DNA of 64,000 nt from Chrysomallon squamiferum (Eukaryota > Animalia > Mollusca). Positions 27,801 through 43,000 of the stretch are shown in pieces (the first letter of the stretch is position 1; every line of letters starts with the position of its first letter). The position numbers were made by a program, and so were the translations under genes. The stretch covers positions 25,606,001-25,670,000 of the forward strand of contig CM022671.1 of assembly GCA_012295275.1 (NCBI GenBank), written 5' to 3'. The notes beneath the pieces are model-generated. The model did no database searches. It worked only from the letters and a program-made list of their open reading frames with translations, and had not been told where the DNA came from.

Positions 27801-30434
27801 TGTATTTAAATACTTAAATGCCATACATAATGTCCAAAACATTTCAGGATTTACACAAAATAAAGTATTTTATTAATTAATAAAGTTTTCTATTAAATCT
27901 GAAATTATTATTATCGTCTTTTTTTTCAGATTCTTCATTTTTTTTTATTTATTTATTTATTTATTTATTTCAAACACAACAGACCTTAAGGTTGTAAACT
28001 GTTGAAAATGTCTTGCCACAGTGTGTGCAGTCTAACATGGATGGATTGGTGTGAACTCGAGCATGCATTGTCAATTCACAGGACAGCTTGAAGGATTTGC
28101 CACAACTCTCACAAACAAATGGTCGCTCGTCTGAGTGACTTGCTATGTGAACATCCAGTCGAGCTGACATCAGAGTTTCATACCCACAGATCTGATCAAT
28201 CAAAGCACAAATAAAATAAAAACTACAACAGTTATGCCCTCGAATTTAAACACAAAAATTTAACAATGCTCAAAACCAATATACACTAAGTTTCACGTCT
28301 TAAAATGAAATGTATAAAAGTCAACAATGGCTAAAACTAATTAACATTAAATTTCTTAGACTTTAATCTTAAATTCAGTAAACTAATTAAAACTGTATTT
28401 CTTCTGTCTCAAAATTAATCATACAGCAGGTAAACAAAGAGAAAAAAAACTCACAGAAATATGTGATAATAATGACTGTACAATTTTTAATTTTATAAAT
28501 CACCAATGGTGGTTCAAAAACATTATTAAGATTTTTTATCACATGAAGAATGTTTTCATTTTAGGTGTCATTTATATGACTTTGAAATATTTAGGAGAAT
28601 GTAACATTTTCCTGCTGCATCATGGAACAATTATTCATACCCTTCAGTTCAAATTTACAGCTTACTGATATACTGATTTATTGTAGCAAATACAATGTAC
28701 ACACACCAACAGAGACTTAAAATGCTCTGGTATCATCACTTTTTATACCTTGCAAGTATAAATTTTATGGCGAGTTGGATCAAATGGAATGTCATGTTTG
28801 GAATGTTTGTGCATTTCTAATGCTTTCTGGTTCACTGCTAAATGACCACAGAATTCACACTCAAACTGAGATTGTGACTTTTTAGTCTTTTTCTCATTTT
28901 GTATCTTCACTGCTTTCTTTTTCCTCTTTCGTGTCTTTCTTGTGTCTTCACTGTTCATACTGTCATCTCCAGAGACAGTAAATTCTAATTTTCTACACTT
29001 TGTTGGTGGAGACTCCTCTGTTTCATCTTCTGCTTGTGGCTTCCTCTTTGATTTTACTGTAAATAGCCATTATAACACTGATCAATATTCCTACAAAATC
29101 ATATATAATACTTACTAATCACTATTTTATATATATATATATAATAGTTGTGAATTACAGTCTAATCATTTTCGGATCTGGTCTCTTTATGAAGAGCACA
29201 AACTCTGTTCATTAAGTAAGTATCAAGAACATCTCAGGTTAATGATAACCAGAGAAAGACTAATATTCATAAACTAAGTGTTGTGTACTTTACAGTATTT
29301 CAGCACAACAGATAAACATTATATTTATATCAGTTCAAATTAAGGCTTACGTTTCTATACATACAAATAAAACATAAGCATATCACAACGCAAATATTTC
29401 ATAAAGATAAAGATAACAAATAAATATAAATAGTTAGTTTAGATTCAATGAAACGAAAAGAAAAACTCCTACTTTAATTAATTTTTAATCTGATTTGTTT
29501 AAAAATAATACATTTGTTAAATATGTAGGCAGCACTTACTATTATCTTTTTTCGTAACCACTTGTTCAGTCAATGTCTGATTTTGTTTTTCAGCTGATGA
29601 ATTTTGATTCAGTTTCTTATCATAACCAGGGCTGTTCTTAGTGTTTTTTCTGTTTGTTGTCTTTACTTTTTCTTGTGTTAATGAAATATATTTTGCTGAA
29701 GCACGTCGTGATCTTTCACTCCTTCTTACTGGTGTTTTATTTGAAACTATATTGTTTTCAACACCTGAATCGCCAGCAAGTGATGTTTTGATTGGACTTT
29801 TCTCAGGCTGAGATTCTTTTATACTCTCTTTGTTTTTGTCACTAATACTGGTAAAAGCTTTTTCAGGTGATGTCATATTACTACTTTTGTCTTCATGTGC
29901 AGTAAAAGCTTCATCCAAAACATTACTAACAGACTTTTCTGTATTTATATCAGTGTCATGAGTTACAATATGGTCACTGTTAGATCTGCTGTGTTTGTGA
30001 ATTCTTGTCTCTAAATCAGTAGTTGTAACATCCACACCTGTTGTTTTCACCTGACTTGAAATATATTCATTACAAAGAGCAACTGCCTCTTGAATACACA
30101 ATTTTTCAAACAATTTTTGATAAGCATCAATATTCTCAGTTGTTAAAACCAGTCGACCTGTATAAAAAATTTCTGTCAGTTCTTTTAACTGAATCAGTGT
30201 CACTTCAGGAACTGAAAAAACTAATTTCTTTTTCTTATACACTGGTTTCTGGAGGAGCCACTGCTGAAAAAATGTACTGCAGGCTGCAAAAACAAGACTG
30301 TGCACAGAAACTGACCCATCCTTAGCTTCTAATGAAACATCACAAAGTTTCTGGGACTGCTGCAACTCATAGAGAGTTTGAAGAATATTATCACAAAATC
30401 CTATTGCTGTATAGGCTACAGCTTTTTCTTGCAT
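24813..30434 (-). CDS. BTB/POZ + 9x C2H2 zinc-finger protein (ZBTB-like paralog A), ~837 aa
   Basis: Exons 30434-29540, 29056-28749, 28191-27985, 27557-27421, 27067-26994, 26652-26569, 26306-26212, 25526-24813 (2514 nt, in frame). BTB motifs LCDVSLEAKDGSVSVHSLVFAACSTFF and FYTGRL; nine C2H2 fingers; acidic C-terminal tail. Start taken as the first ATG after the acceptor at 30464. Confidence 0.92.
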
Positions 30435-30599
30435 GATACTCAAATCAGGAATCAACCCCAGTTCTTAAAGGAAAAAATAATATTGTGTTTATGGTGATTA
30501 GAACCAACTTAAAACAAATTCCAAACTGTACTTCAAATTTCCCACCAAATTTGTACAAACTAGGTCATTACCATTTCTGCTTCATTACACAAGGTATAT

Positions 30600-31400
30600 C
30601 ACCATAATACATATGGTATGCAAAACTGTGGACGGTAGGTAATTTGACCAGGTTTTCCAAGTCCAGACGAGTCACAACTGTTTATTTCATGTAGCAGTGA
30701 TCGTTATTTAAGCTGAAAAAAGAAAGAACTGTTTGACGGCTAATTATCCTATGTCAAGAGATAAATTAAAAAAAAACGTCACTTTGCGTTTTATACTTTT
30801 GGGATATTATTGTATAATTGTCCAAAATGGCCGACTTCTAGTTTTAATCTGTTAGAGAGTTCTCATTTTTGTACATGATAATATCGTAAAAATAGTGGAT
30901 CTAAAAATATCTTTAAAAATAATATTTGTGTTAGCATTAATAAACAACCCACATATTCCTACTGTATTACCATAATAATGACACAAATAATTGTCTCTAA
31001 ATATAAATAATTATTTGGAACCTCATTTCACAATGATTGTCTCCCTTATACCGGGTTTGTAAACTTGACTGGTTTATCCGTGAAGTGCCAGCTTATTGAT
31101 TGAAAAAAAACGCAACTTACTTAGAAATCGGTTGACGGTTCAGGTGTACTCTAATTACCATACTTTATGTTTTTGGTGTGTAAGTACACCGTCAAATTAA
31201 ATATCTTCATTTGGGTTTCTTTATAATAATACTAACAAATACATTTAATTATTTACAAAGCATGTCATTCCACATACTCATTATTAATAATAATTAATAG
31301 TATTAGGCCGAATTAATTTTAGTTTTATGATCCATAATTTCTGATCAACAAGTTGATCAACACGTACTAAGATACTGTTAATAATAATTATTAGAATTAA
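30600..31400. promoter_or_regulatory. Bidirectional promoter region between divergent ZBTB paralogs A and B
   Basis: Head-to-head genes with ATGs ~1.05 kb apart; locally more CpG; YY1-like CAAAATGGCCGAC at 30823-30835; GTCTCCCTT at 31039-31047; candidate first-exon donor GTAAGT near 31180. Confidence 0.65.
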
Positions 31401-31488
31401 TGTTTATCATAACTGGAAGTCAAACATACTTTATAATTACCTTTAAGGCTGTAACGAACTGTTACATTGCAGGTAAAATGAACTAAAT

Positions 31489-33209
31489 ATGGCACAGGCA
31501 GCTACCACAGCATATACTGCACCTGGATTCTGTGAACATTTTCTTCATACATTATATGATATGCAGCAGGCAGAAAAATTCTGTGATCTTAGACTTGATG
31601 CCAAAAATGGAGTCCTTAGAACACATAGCCTTATTTTCCTTGCCAATAGCAAGTTTTTTCAGAACTGGATAATTCACCAAAGCCATGAATTAGAACTGTC
31701 TTACGAAATACCAGACTTAAATGTTGAAGAGGCCAAAGGCATTATTAAGTTTTTATATACTGGGATTCTTGAACTAAGTGGCCATAATATTAATTCATAT
31801 TTAGATTTCTTTGAAAAGCATGCTATAGATGAAGCCATAAATCTTTGCCATGAATTTATCTTAAGTAGAAGACTTTGTGAGCATACAATGGAAAATGAAA
31901 GTGGAACAGCCGGTAATGATAAGACTGAAGAGGTCTGTTTATCCACTGAGCAGCCATTTCAGTCTGCTTCAGAAACAATTGGCAACAAGCAGTGCAGCGA
32001 CTTCCATTTGAAAAATCATTCTGATATTTCCACCGTTTCAGATTCTGCACAGTCACAGACTTGTGTTACTGGTAGTGAATGTGCTAGAGCAGATGATAAA
32101 TTACTTCTTCATGTGAAACTCGAAAAAGTGGATGATGATTTCTCTGAATTGAAAGATTTAGATGAAGGTAGTGACAAATTGCAGGAAAGGAAAGGGGAAT
32201 TTCCGATCAGTGATTTTTCTGTGGTAATTGATCCAGTGAAAAGGAAACGTGGAAGATGTGTCAGTCGGTGTAAAGACAGACAAAGTGTGTTTAAGCTGAG
32301 GTGTAGAGGCCGAAAAGTTACAACAAAAGTCAGATGTAAAAATAATGTTAAACCCAAACAGAAGAAAATCATAACACAAGATTCCATTAATGATGATTCT
32401 GCTGATGAAGCAGTTAAGACAGAGCTTTCAAATATGAAAAACAAACAGAAGAAAAGGTGCAGAGAACGAAAATATCCTAGAAAATATTCCTGTGAATTTT
32501 GTGGTCACAAATCAGTACGATACGTAGAGTTGGAAAGCCATCGTCATTCAAAGCACGACATTCCATTTGATGCTTCCAAATATACTGTCTACAAATGTGA
32601 GGTGTTGATTTAGTTTTTACTCTTGTTTTACTTATTTTTAAGTGTTGAGATTAATTATGCAGTTATTAGTATTTGAAAATTAGTAAAATATTTGATACTT
32701 CGATCTTACTAAATAATCTGGTATTTTATTCAAATGTAAATTAATTGATACTTTGTAAAAATAGCAACTTCAACAATCACAAATTATTTTAATTATTACT
32801 AGAACAGCTGTTTGTTAAGAATAATGTTCTAATTAAGTATTCTGGATATTAACCTATAATTATTTATTTTTTTACTATCTCTCTCTTGAAAGAAAGAAAA
32901 GGTTGAAAGACAATGCTTAAATGTTTTGAGAGGTTTAAAAATGTATCTATGCTAAATTCTTTAATTTGGTTTCTTAGTTGTGTGATTTTGAAACAAATAT
33001 TCCAAAGCGTCTTGAGAAACACCATGCAACTCACACAGAAGAGCGTCCAAATATCTGTGAACACTGTGGAAAAACATTTAAACTGATAAATGATCTCAAT
33101 GCACATGTTCAGAGTCATATCTTTCCTGAGAAATTTTCTTGCCACATTTGTGGTAAATCCTTTTCATCTCCTTTTACTGTCAAGGTCAGTAAATTATGTT
33201 ATTTTTCTG

Positions 33210-33246
<37 letters not shown>

Positions 33247-36033
33247 GATTATCTAACTTACAGAAACCTTTTATTTCAAGGAACACTCCAGATGAAATAA
33301 TACATAGATTATCTGATATGTTCTCTTTAGAGTTTTAAAGATACATAATATATCTTTAGCTGCAATGATACGCATTAAGGAATCAAACTCTAAAGTTTAT
33401 GTGAATAATACAGTAAATACTTTTATAATTATTGTTGCTGCTGTTATTTTTACTGTTATTATTTACTGTTATTATTTACATTATCAAGGAAAAGGAAGTC
33501 TATAATTTGGTTACCATAAAATTTATATATGTTATTTTAACGTTTTATTTATTTTACTTTACATACTAGTATATAAGGTATGAATTTTAATATGTTATTA
33601 GGATCACATAACAAATATTCACTTGGGCCAGAAGAAACAATTCCTTTGTCATTTGTGCTGCCATGTAACAGCTGACAGCCGCAATTTGACTCTACATCTT
33701 TGGCAAAAGCATCAAATTCCTGTACCTAAGAAGTGTCAACTGTGAGTGTTTCATTACACTAAAATAATTTTTCATTTACATACTTTCTGGGTTAAATCTT
33801 CGACATTTTGATGGATAGCTATACTATAAAGATATCTGTACCAGTAATAACAAAATATTTTACAGTCATTTGGATTCCATTAAAAAAAAATCTGTTCTTT
33901 TTTTAAAAATATTTTACATATTGAGTATTTTTGCCAGTTAATATTAAATAATAATTAATATAAAACATATTTAAGAATGTTTTATTTACTACAGTTTTTA
34001 ATATTTTATTCAATCACATAGAGAATATTTTATTTAAAAACCTTTTCTGAGTTTTTACCATGATTAAAACAATAATTCTACATAACTTCACCAGTAGTAG
34101 TCATACATTTTTCAGCTTTACCAATCAACATGCTGTCATAACCACTAAACTTCCTTAAATCTCTTTATGAATTAAAGTATTTATAAATGTTACATTCATT
34201 TCAGATTCAAATGTGATGACTGTGATTTTGAAACAGTGAGAAAACATAAATTTACAATTCACAGAAAGCTACATACAGGTTTGTTTATTAATGTTTTCAG
34301 TATTTTTTGTTTTAGTAAAAGCAGTATTGTATCCATTTATTGTTTTCTGTCAGATGTAATAAAACTGAGACAATTAGACCTTCTGCAAATTGTTTTTATA
34401 AAAATCTAATATAACTGCATCATGTTAAGAATAAAATGAAACTTATATTAAAATTTACACGTAGGTAAAAATTACTGGTTTTTCAAAAAACAAGTTTCAA
34501 AAACATTGTTTTCTTATGTGTCATGATTCTTAAATTTAATTCATGTCAAACAAAATAGTTAAACAAAATATTTTTGTTCAGGTGTTCGAGATCATGTTTG
34601 TAAAATCTGTGGAAAAGGATATTTAACAGGAGGAGCTTTACGTTCACACATGCTGTGGCATTCTGGTATTGTTTATTTATTGTTTACATATGCTATTATA
34701 TTTTTGTTGCATATTTGTGGTATATATTTACTGCATAATTATAATATAAATTTAATTGCTTGTTCTTTCTTAGACTAAACAGAAGCCTAATCACATAAAG
34801 TGTTCAAATAAGAATATTAATTTATCCAGGCAGAAAGGTTTTGTTACTAGTAGTCAAAGTAGGAATAAATTTAAAAATATTTTTTTGTTTTGTTTTATTC
34901 ATGTTAAGATCTAAGACTTGAGGAGGGGAATACAAAATTTCATCTCATTAAATTAATAATTTTATTAATAAATTAATTATTTTTATTTAATTTTTGTTGT
35001 TGTTGTTTTTTTTTTTTTTAAAGACAAAATCCACCAGTGTACATTTGAAGCTTGTAACTATTCTTCTCCATCAAAACGTCAGTTGGATCAACATGTTCGC
35101 TTGATGCACACACAGAGGGTAAGTTTACATGAAATTAATGATTTTAATTATCTCATTGATTATAAATAACTCACATTGATTTGTTTTTGAAAAATTCTTT
35201 TCACAATTTATTTGTTCTCTTATTATTTTAATATTAATAATAATATAAGATATAAAATTTATGAATATTAAGAACAGTCAAAATTAAAGATACCTAAAAT
35301 CTAGTTTGCCTTTGATCCTGGTGTGTTTGTTTCTTTTTAAATTCTCAACCGCATTTCATGTTGTTTTATTGTGTTTTTTACAGTTTTTTAAATGTAAAAT
35401 AAAAATGAAGCTAACATTAAAAAATGTCTCATCTTTAATAATATTATATTATTTTGTTATTGACAATATTGTTGTTTTAAAATTATTTTTAAAATATCTT
35501 GTACTACTGTTGGTAAATATTTTGGAAAGATATTTAAATTTTATTTAAACAATTATATGTGGGAGTAATTTTTATTTTTATTATTCTTTTCTATTTTTTT
35601 TTTTTTTTTGCTTTACAAAAAGTTACAAAATAACTAAACATTTTTTCAAATATGTTCTGATCTGACATAATGTAAAGAAATGCTTTTGTTTCAGAACTTG
35701 AAGCCTTATGCATGTCACCTATGTAGCCATCGATGCTCAGTTCAAGGAAATCTAAATAAACATTTAAGAACAGTTCACAATCTGGACATACCTGACAAAC
35801 GACGACTGTCACATCTTTACAATCTGGGCAGGTGTGGCAAATCAAGAATACCTGTTTCTTCAGAAAAAACAAATGTTGATAATCCCAGTACACGAGAACC
35901 AGAAAGTAACAAGGACGACATTCCACAGACAACCGGACAAACTGTTATAGAACCAGTCAGCGATTTCTCCTCAGAGTCTGCACAGTATGCATGGACAAGT
36001 TATCAAAATTACTACCCTAATGTGCAGTATTGA
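31489..36033 (+). CDS. BTB/POZ + 9x C2H2 zinc-finger protein (ZBTB-like paralog B), ~683 aa
   Basis: Exons 31489-32601, 32978-33184, 33602-33741, 34205-34278, 34582-34665, 35024-35118, 35695-36033 (2052 nt, in frame). BTB motifs FCDLRLDAKNGVLRTHSLIFLANSKFF and FLYTG; nine C2H2 fingers. Confidence 0.93.
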
Positions 36034-36096
36034 TTTTAATATATATAATAACTGGCAAGGGTTTGTTTTTCTTCTGAACTTTAATTATACTGTTTT

Positions 36097-36411
36097 ATAT
36101 TATGGATCAGGATTAAATCGCGTCATTTTTAATGTTATTTTTCTTTTAAAAATTCAATATTAATTAAAACTTAAAAGACATTAAATGTGATTTTAATACA
36201 AAATATGGATCAAGTTTAAATCATATAATTTTTAATGTTATCAAAAAAAAGAAAAAATTCAATATTAATTAAAAGTTAAAAGACATTAAATGTGATTTTA
36301 ATACATAATATGGATCAGATTTAAATCATATCATCATTGTTATCCATTTCTTTCTTTTTTTCAATACTAATTAAAAGTGAAAATTAATTAAATATGATTC
36401 TAATACATTAT
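36097..36411 (+). repeat. ~104 bp tandem repeat x3 in the 3'UTR of paralog B
   Basis: TATGGATCA at 36101, 36204 and 36309, each followed by a TTCAATATTAATTAAAA...TTAAATGTGATTTTAATAC-like tract. Confidence 0.85.
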
Positions 36412-36634
36412 CTAAGAAGAAATGTTTTAAGTTTAAATTTTGTTTTCTTATTTTTTATTCAAGTGTGCATGTAAATTGTCACGAAGAAAAAAACACACAC
36501 CCAATATACAATCTTATATCTGGCTTTTTGTTGTTTTTCCTTTTGAAAAATGTAATATATTATCTCAGTTTTAAAGATATATTATGTTAACTGCATCAGA
36601 ATCTGATTCTGTTTTGCTACAATTTAATGCATTA

Positions 36635-36666
<32 letters not shown>

Positions 36667-39279
36667 TGGCAATTAATTTTGCTTTAAAAAAAAGTAGTAA
36701 ATACTCAGAAGGATGTTTTCAGGTTTATTAATTTTATTTTATTTTAAAAAGGAAAAAGAATACAGGCTGTGTAACTATTTTTTAATTCAGAATCATTTTG
36801 TTATGTTTAATTAACAGAAACTGAAATAGGTGATGGTGCACAATAAAGTCATGGATAATGGAAACATTTGATAAAAATTATGCTGTTATTTAACTAAGTG
36901 ATGAGTAAAAAACCCCAAAAAGTGATTTGAATTATTTCATTTGGTTCTGGAAATCTGTGACTTGGTGTTGTTATATAATTAACCATTCTGTGGAAAATGA
37001 GCATCAAAGTCAGCAACATTGTAATAAGTAAATATCCATAATTTTTCACAGTATTTGATATCAAAATAACCAGCAAGACACAGCGAAGCAAAAATAAACT
37101 ATTCCTTTTGCAAATATAATTCTTCAACATATCTTCAGAGTTTGATGCTAGACTTTTCATCACAAAAAAAATTGGGTAAATAAAGTAAGAAATGTTGCAT
37201 GTTATCACGTAAAACTTCAGAATTAAAATTTAGGGTGGAAAATTAAAAAATGTATATTTTGTGCAGGAGTGAAGTTTTGATTCTCAGCATTGAAACTTTG
37301 TGTTTGACTTTTCCATAATTTTTGGATGCACCAAAACATATCTGAAATTTACAAGCTAAATAACAATATTTCAGATTTAATAAAAAAATTCCATTTGAAA
37401 ACTGATTATTAAAATAATTTAATTGCTAAAATAAATTTTAAAATAATAATTGCTGTATTAAGGTAGTCTTGGAAAGACGTTTATATATTTTGTTTGGACT
37501 GACTTCAGTCAAACATGAGAACAGCACTTAATACTGTGCATTAGCCACACTTTCGAAGAGTGAATCAAATGATAAAATCAATAAAGACAAACTGTAAAGA
37601 TGGAGTCCAAAAAAAACTCCCCAAAACCCACTTTTTTCTGTTTAACGTCTTCATGTTAAATACCTATCAAACAATAAGCATGTTGTAAACTGTTATTGTT
37701 TTCAAATTCAGATAACACAAAGTTTATCACATTTTACATAAAAAAATAATTTGTCAAAACTTTGTAAGTGAACAGAATACTACTTTGATTAGGTTGAAAC
37801 CATTCACACAAAGTAAAATGTTATTTACTTTCAAACATCATTGAGATATTTAACGATATTCGCCTTTGGTTATTGGTGATGAGAAAATGGAAAAAAAATA
37901 AAATAAAATAAAAAATGTAATACCTTTAAAATGAATAAAATAAGCAGTTTTAATAGTAAACATGTAGACACTCATAACTGGTTTAAATTCTGTTATCTGT
38001 TTGTATCATAATTATGTAACAGAACATTTTAATTTATCCCTATATTTAAGATATTGAAATATTCTAGTTTTCAAATTCATTTTTTTCACATTTGACAAAA
38101 TGTCCCCAGCACAGCTGAAACTGTGCCAAGTTACAAAGTAACGTAACAGGATATTATATTAATGAATATGAAATCTCATGTAAACTAGTATAGAAATTTT
38201 TGATAATTACTAATTACAGCTGGTTGTTTAGGCTCAACTGACATGACAAAATCAAAGCACATATATCAAGTAAGTCTCTTTACCAATGAAGTTCCCCACA
38301 TCTGTCCTACATAACAGCATGGAATGATTCAAATAATTAATCTTGCTTCACTACTGTGATTAAGGTAAATAAGGTGTAATATTTTTATATAAGAATAAAA
38401 CGGTGAATTTGAAGTATGCTTCAAACACAATCAGCCCGCACAAAAATTAAAATCATTTTGGATTCTTAACAAAAAGTGCATCAGAAGTTTTAGAAAAAAA
38501 AAAAAAAAACGTGCAAACACTAAAATTTAAAAAGAAAACTAAATTAAAGCTGTTTTTGTGCCATACATGTACTTAAAAGTGTTTTGTAACTGGTAAAATT
38601 GTGGATTTCTTAAGATCTATTTTATTTAACAAGAATATATGACCTTTTATAAAACTACAAAAAAATAAAATAAAATCTTCAACAATAAACACAAAAATTC
38701 AAGTAATTCAAAATTATTCAAGTTTGTATGTAAAGAAAAATAGCTTTTCCTATTAGAAAATTGATTGTAAGAACACCATAAAATAGATTATAGCAATAAT
38801 AATTGTGTTTTTCTGTCACCTAATTCATGCATTGGTATTCTCCCTTTACTTTCTTGGCATTAAATAAAACATTAAATAACTTTTTTTGTGACCTTTTCAC
38901 AATTAACAAAAGATAATGCAGTTAATAAACTTGGAAAAAAAAAAAAAAGATAAACATTATGTAGTAATTAGGCTTGATGCATTTGAATAAAATAAATTAT
39001 TCAAAGTTATGTGGATGTGTATTAAAATTCTAATTTTTGTTTTCCTAATATTTTATACACTACATTTTGTGTATATCTTATTAAAAAAAATCAAATAAAA
39101 AGCTAATTAACATCTTAATGTATAATATATATTTTTACTTATAATAACAAATGTTTTCTCTCATTCACATGCTATCTTAACAACATTAAAATTTATGATA
39201 ATAATAATAATAAAAAATATTATTACACTATTAACCCCAAAACAAGTGACAAAAATAAAACACAAAAATTTAGCCATAG

Positions 39280-39929
39280 TTATTCCATACTTTGGAAGTA
39301 TGACATGTACTGTGCAAAGGCTGCAGAGTCACAGCTTATTTCTTGCACAGCTGCTGCTACTGTTGGGACAGTGGGTGTTTTAACAACGTTATTTGAAGCA
39401 GACAACTCCATTTGAACGGCCTGACTTTGACTGCTTGTCTGGTACAGTGTGCTGTTCTCACTCTCTCCGGCCTGCTGTGCTGGGGCTGCCTCCAATTTGT
39501 TTTTCGAACTCCTTCCCAACATGTACAGGTGTGAGTACTTGCGTTTGTCTGGAATGTCCAGTCTGTGCACTGTTCTCAGATGTTTGTCTAGGTTTCCTCT
39601 GACGCCTGTCCGGTGTGGGCAGAGGTGACAAGCGAATGGTTTGACGTCCTGAAGGAGAATTATTTTTTAAATGTTTATTACACATCTGTCACCAGACTGA
39701 TAAAGTATAAAATTAATACACATGAATAATTAACATGAATAATAAAAACAATAAAATGAAATGAAACAAAACAAAACAAAACAAAAAACAAAATGAAATG
39801 AAATGAAATTAAATTAAATTAAATTAATCTTTTAACTGCATAGTCCTTTTGGATAGGAAAATACATATATGGCCTTTGATAAACCAGTTGTGGAGCACTG
39901 GCTTTGACAGGAAATAATAATAATAATAA

Positions 39930-39960
<31 letters not shown>

Positions 39961-39976
39961 AATAAAATTATTATTA

Positions 39977-40018
<42 letters not shown>

Positions 40019-43000
40019 TCTAAATGAATCAATATAAAATTAGATTTATCAGCATGTGTATTATATTCTACCTCACCAACCAACTTGTATCAGTAATTGC
40101 TTTAATCTACTTGGTCGTATTCAGTATATTAATTATTACAGCACACATATGAAAGTTTATTCTGAAACAGACATGTTGTTTTTATGAACATAATCTTGTT
40201 ACAAGGTACATTCTAAACAAATAATTTAATAATAATGAATAATGTACACAATTACCCGTTCTGTATGCATTAATCTGATGTGTTGATCAAGCTGTCTTTT
40301 TGACGGTGAGGCATAGCGACATGCTTCAAACTGACAGGCAAACTTCTTTTCTGAGAGTAGGTACAAATTGATAATGAAGGATTTGATTCACAAATACATT
40401 CACTTCTAAAATCACATACATTTAATGGCAAGATGAAAAAAGCATTTGATCTTTTTCCAATTTGGTTCAACAGTTATATTCGGAAAAATCAGTAGTACAA
40501 AATCAGTTGCTATCCATTCTACAGAATTAAGGAGGGAAATTAATGGAAACAGCAATTTATTAATGCTTCAGTTAAGATTATCACTTACCTCTAGTCATTA
40601 TATGAAGTGTATAAATTGACAATTTCTGAAAATGTACATAGTAGCAGTTCTGTGGAGAAATAAGTTGAATCTTTAATACCCAATGGTAATATTTTGGAGC
40701 TTGAAATATTCTAGTATACAATTTCCATATATATATATTTTTTAATCACAATTAAAAACATTTTACAATTAAAACTTCTATGGACTCTGTGTGTGTTATT
40801 TTATTATTATTTAGTTTTTTTCTTCTTAATTATAGGTGATATTCAAGTGGTAAAATGGAATACTGAAATGACATAATTAATTACCTGAATGCCAGATCAT
40901 GTGATGTCTCAGTGCTCTAGCTGTGATGTATCCTTTACCACAAACTCCACACTGAAAGTCACGCTGACCTGAAGAATTAAAAGCCTTAGACACTGTATCT
41001 AACATTTTTAACAAGAATTTTAGTTTTGAATCATATTTGAAATAGCATTAATTTATTGCCAATGTAAAATCTTTAGGAAGTCAATTTTGTTAATGGATAA
41101 AATGTTCAGTTATTATTTGTAAAGTATTATGAATATTTATTAAAGAAAAAATATATATTTTCAGATACCTTCATGAAGTTTTCTATGATTAATGAATGCA
41201 AATCTTCGGAATGCAATGAAGTCACAGTCTTCACATTTAAAACTGAAAAAGAAATCAACAAAATTTGAAATAAACAGGTTTCTCATAATAAATCTGAATC
41301 ATTGACTAGTAAACTGGCCAGATATAACCAAGGAATTCATTTGAATTTATTTCAATATATTTTACAATTCAGAGTTGGAAAATGTAAACAGGAAAACTAG
41401 TTTGGTAAAACCCACATTTTTAAAATACTTTATTTTAGTCAAGGTCAATTTTATAAACAATGTTTCTGGGGTTTTTTAGTTGGTTTACATTCAGTTAAAA
41501 CAACTGACTTGTTACTAAATTAATTAAGAAAATTATTATTTAAAAACTAGATGCGCAATTACTTCAATCAAGCCTAAATGTGACCTATGTATATATTTAA
41601 TTAACAAAAAAAAATAAAAAATTAATAAACTCTAAAATCAGTTGTGAACACTGAATACATTAAAAAGAGTTGTTTTTTTTGCTGCTGTAAATCTTTTTAT
41701 TTACCAAGCTGTTATTATATGTATAAGATGGAAAGGATAATAAAAAGAAAAACACACGTTTTGATATTAGATGGAGGCATTATCTTATGTGCATTGTAAA
41801 GGTGCTGGTTTAACTTGACAGTGTCACATGTTGTGTGTGAACACAGATGACACAAGTACTGCTTGTTTTTCAATCCAAGATGAATGTTGTCAACATGATC
41901 CTGAAATACATCAAAAGAAATCAAAATTACTATTTGTTTTCAAAATCCAAAGATTACAAAGATTTTATTACAAAGTATATATCCATCACATACTTTAAAC
42001 CTCATTTCATTTGGTCATCTAGAACTGTATAATAGGTTGTTCTATGATTTCAGTGAAAAGTCAGGCAGCATTACTGAAATAATTTAAGATATAATAATGA
42101 TAGTGATGTAAATAAAAAGTACATATTAAATAGTTTAAAATTATATACAACAGTTTTGTGGCTCATGCTTAGAAAATTATTTTCAGGCTGTTTTTGTGAT
42201 ACAAACTCCCATCTGTGTAAAACATAACAAATAAATTACTTACTTTCAAAGTATACGGTGATGAAAATGTGCGATTACACTGTGTACACTGGAATTTGGT
42301 GGGATCAAGATGAATTTTCACATGTGCATTGAGTTCTCCTTGCAGTTTAAAAGTCTTCCCACAATGTTCACAGATGTTTGGCCTCTCCTGAGTGTGCTTT
42401 GCCATGTGCTTTTCAAGTCGTTTCATCACTAGTGTTTCAAATGAACAGTCCTGTATGAAAAAAGAAAATAAATGTCAATAAATATTAAACTATAGTCCGA
42501 GTAATAATGAAACATGAATTATGTCATTCAATTTCTGAAAACATAAAAACAATGTATTTCATAAGTTCCAAAGTACATTTATATAAATATATATATACAT
42601 ATAATTTTTTTTTAATACTTCCTGCCTTCCTCTAAAATGTACTGACGTCTTTGGTACTGCTGGGTTTTTTGGTACATTAACTACCTGCAATCAATGTAAC
42701 TTTTCAACACTGAATGTACTGTCCTGTCTGATTTTACCTGCATGCAAATCTTGAAAAAGGTCTTCTTCCAAACATATTATCCTAATCAACAGTTTTGATT
42801 ATTAATAAAAATTCTGATTTTAATGTATTACATGCACAAATTTATTATTTTTGTAACTAGTTAATGCACATACCTTACATCGGAGAACTGTGAATCTGCT
42901 AGCATCAAATGGAACTTGATGTTTGCTTTTCTGGTGCCCAGCAAGTCCAATTTTTTCTCTAGCCACATACCCACAATATTCACATGGATAAAGTCTTTTT

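Noticed and set aside
36097-36411. Regularly spaced repeats resembling a CRISPR array
   Set aside because: Whole ~104-bp units repeat with no unique spacers; eukaryotic context and no cas genes.
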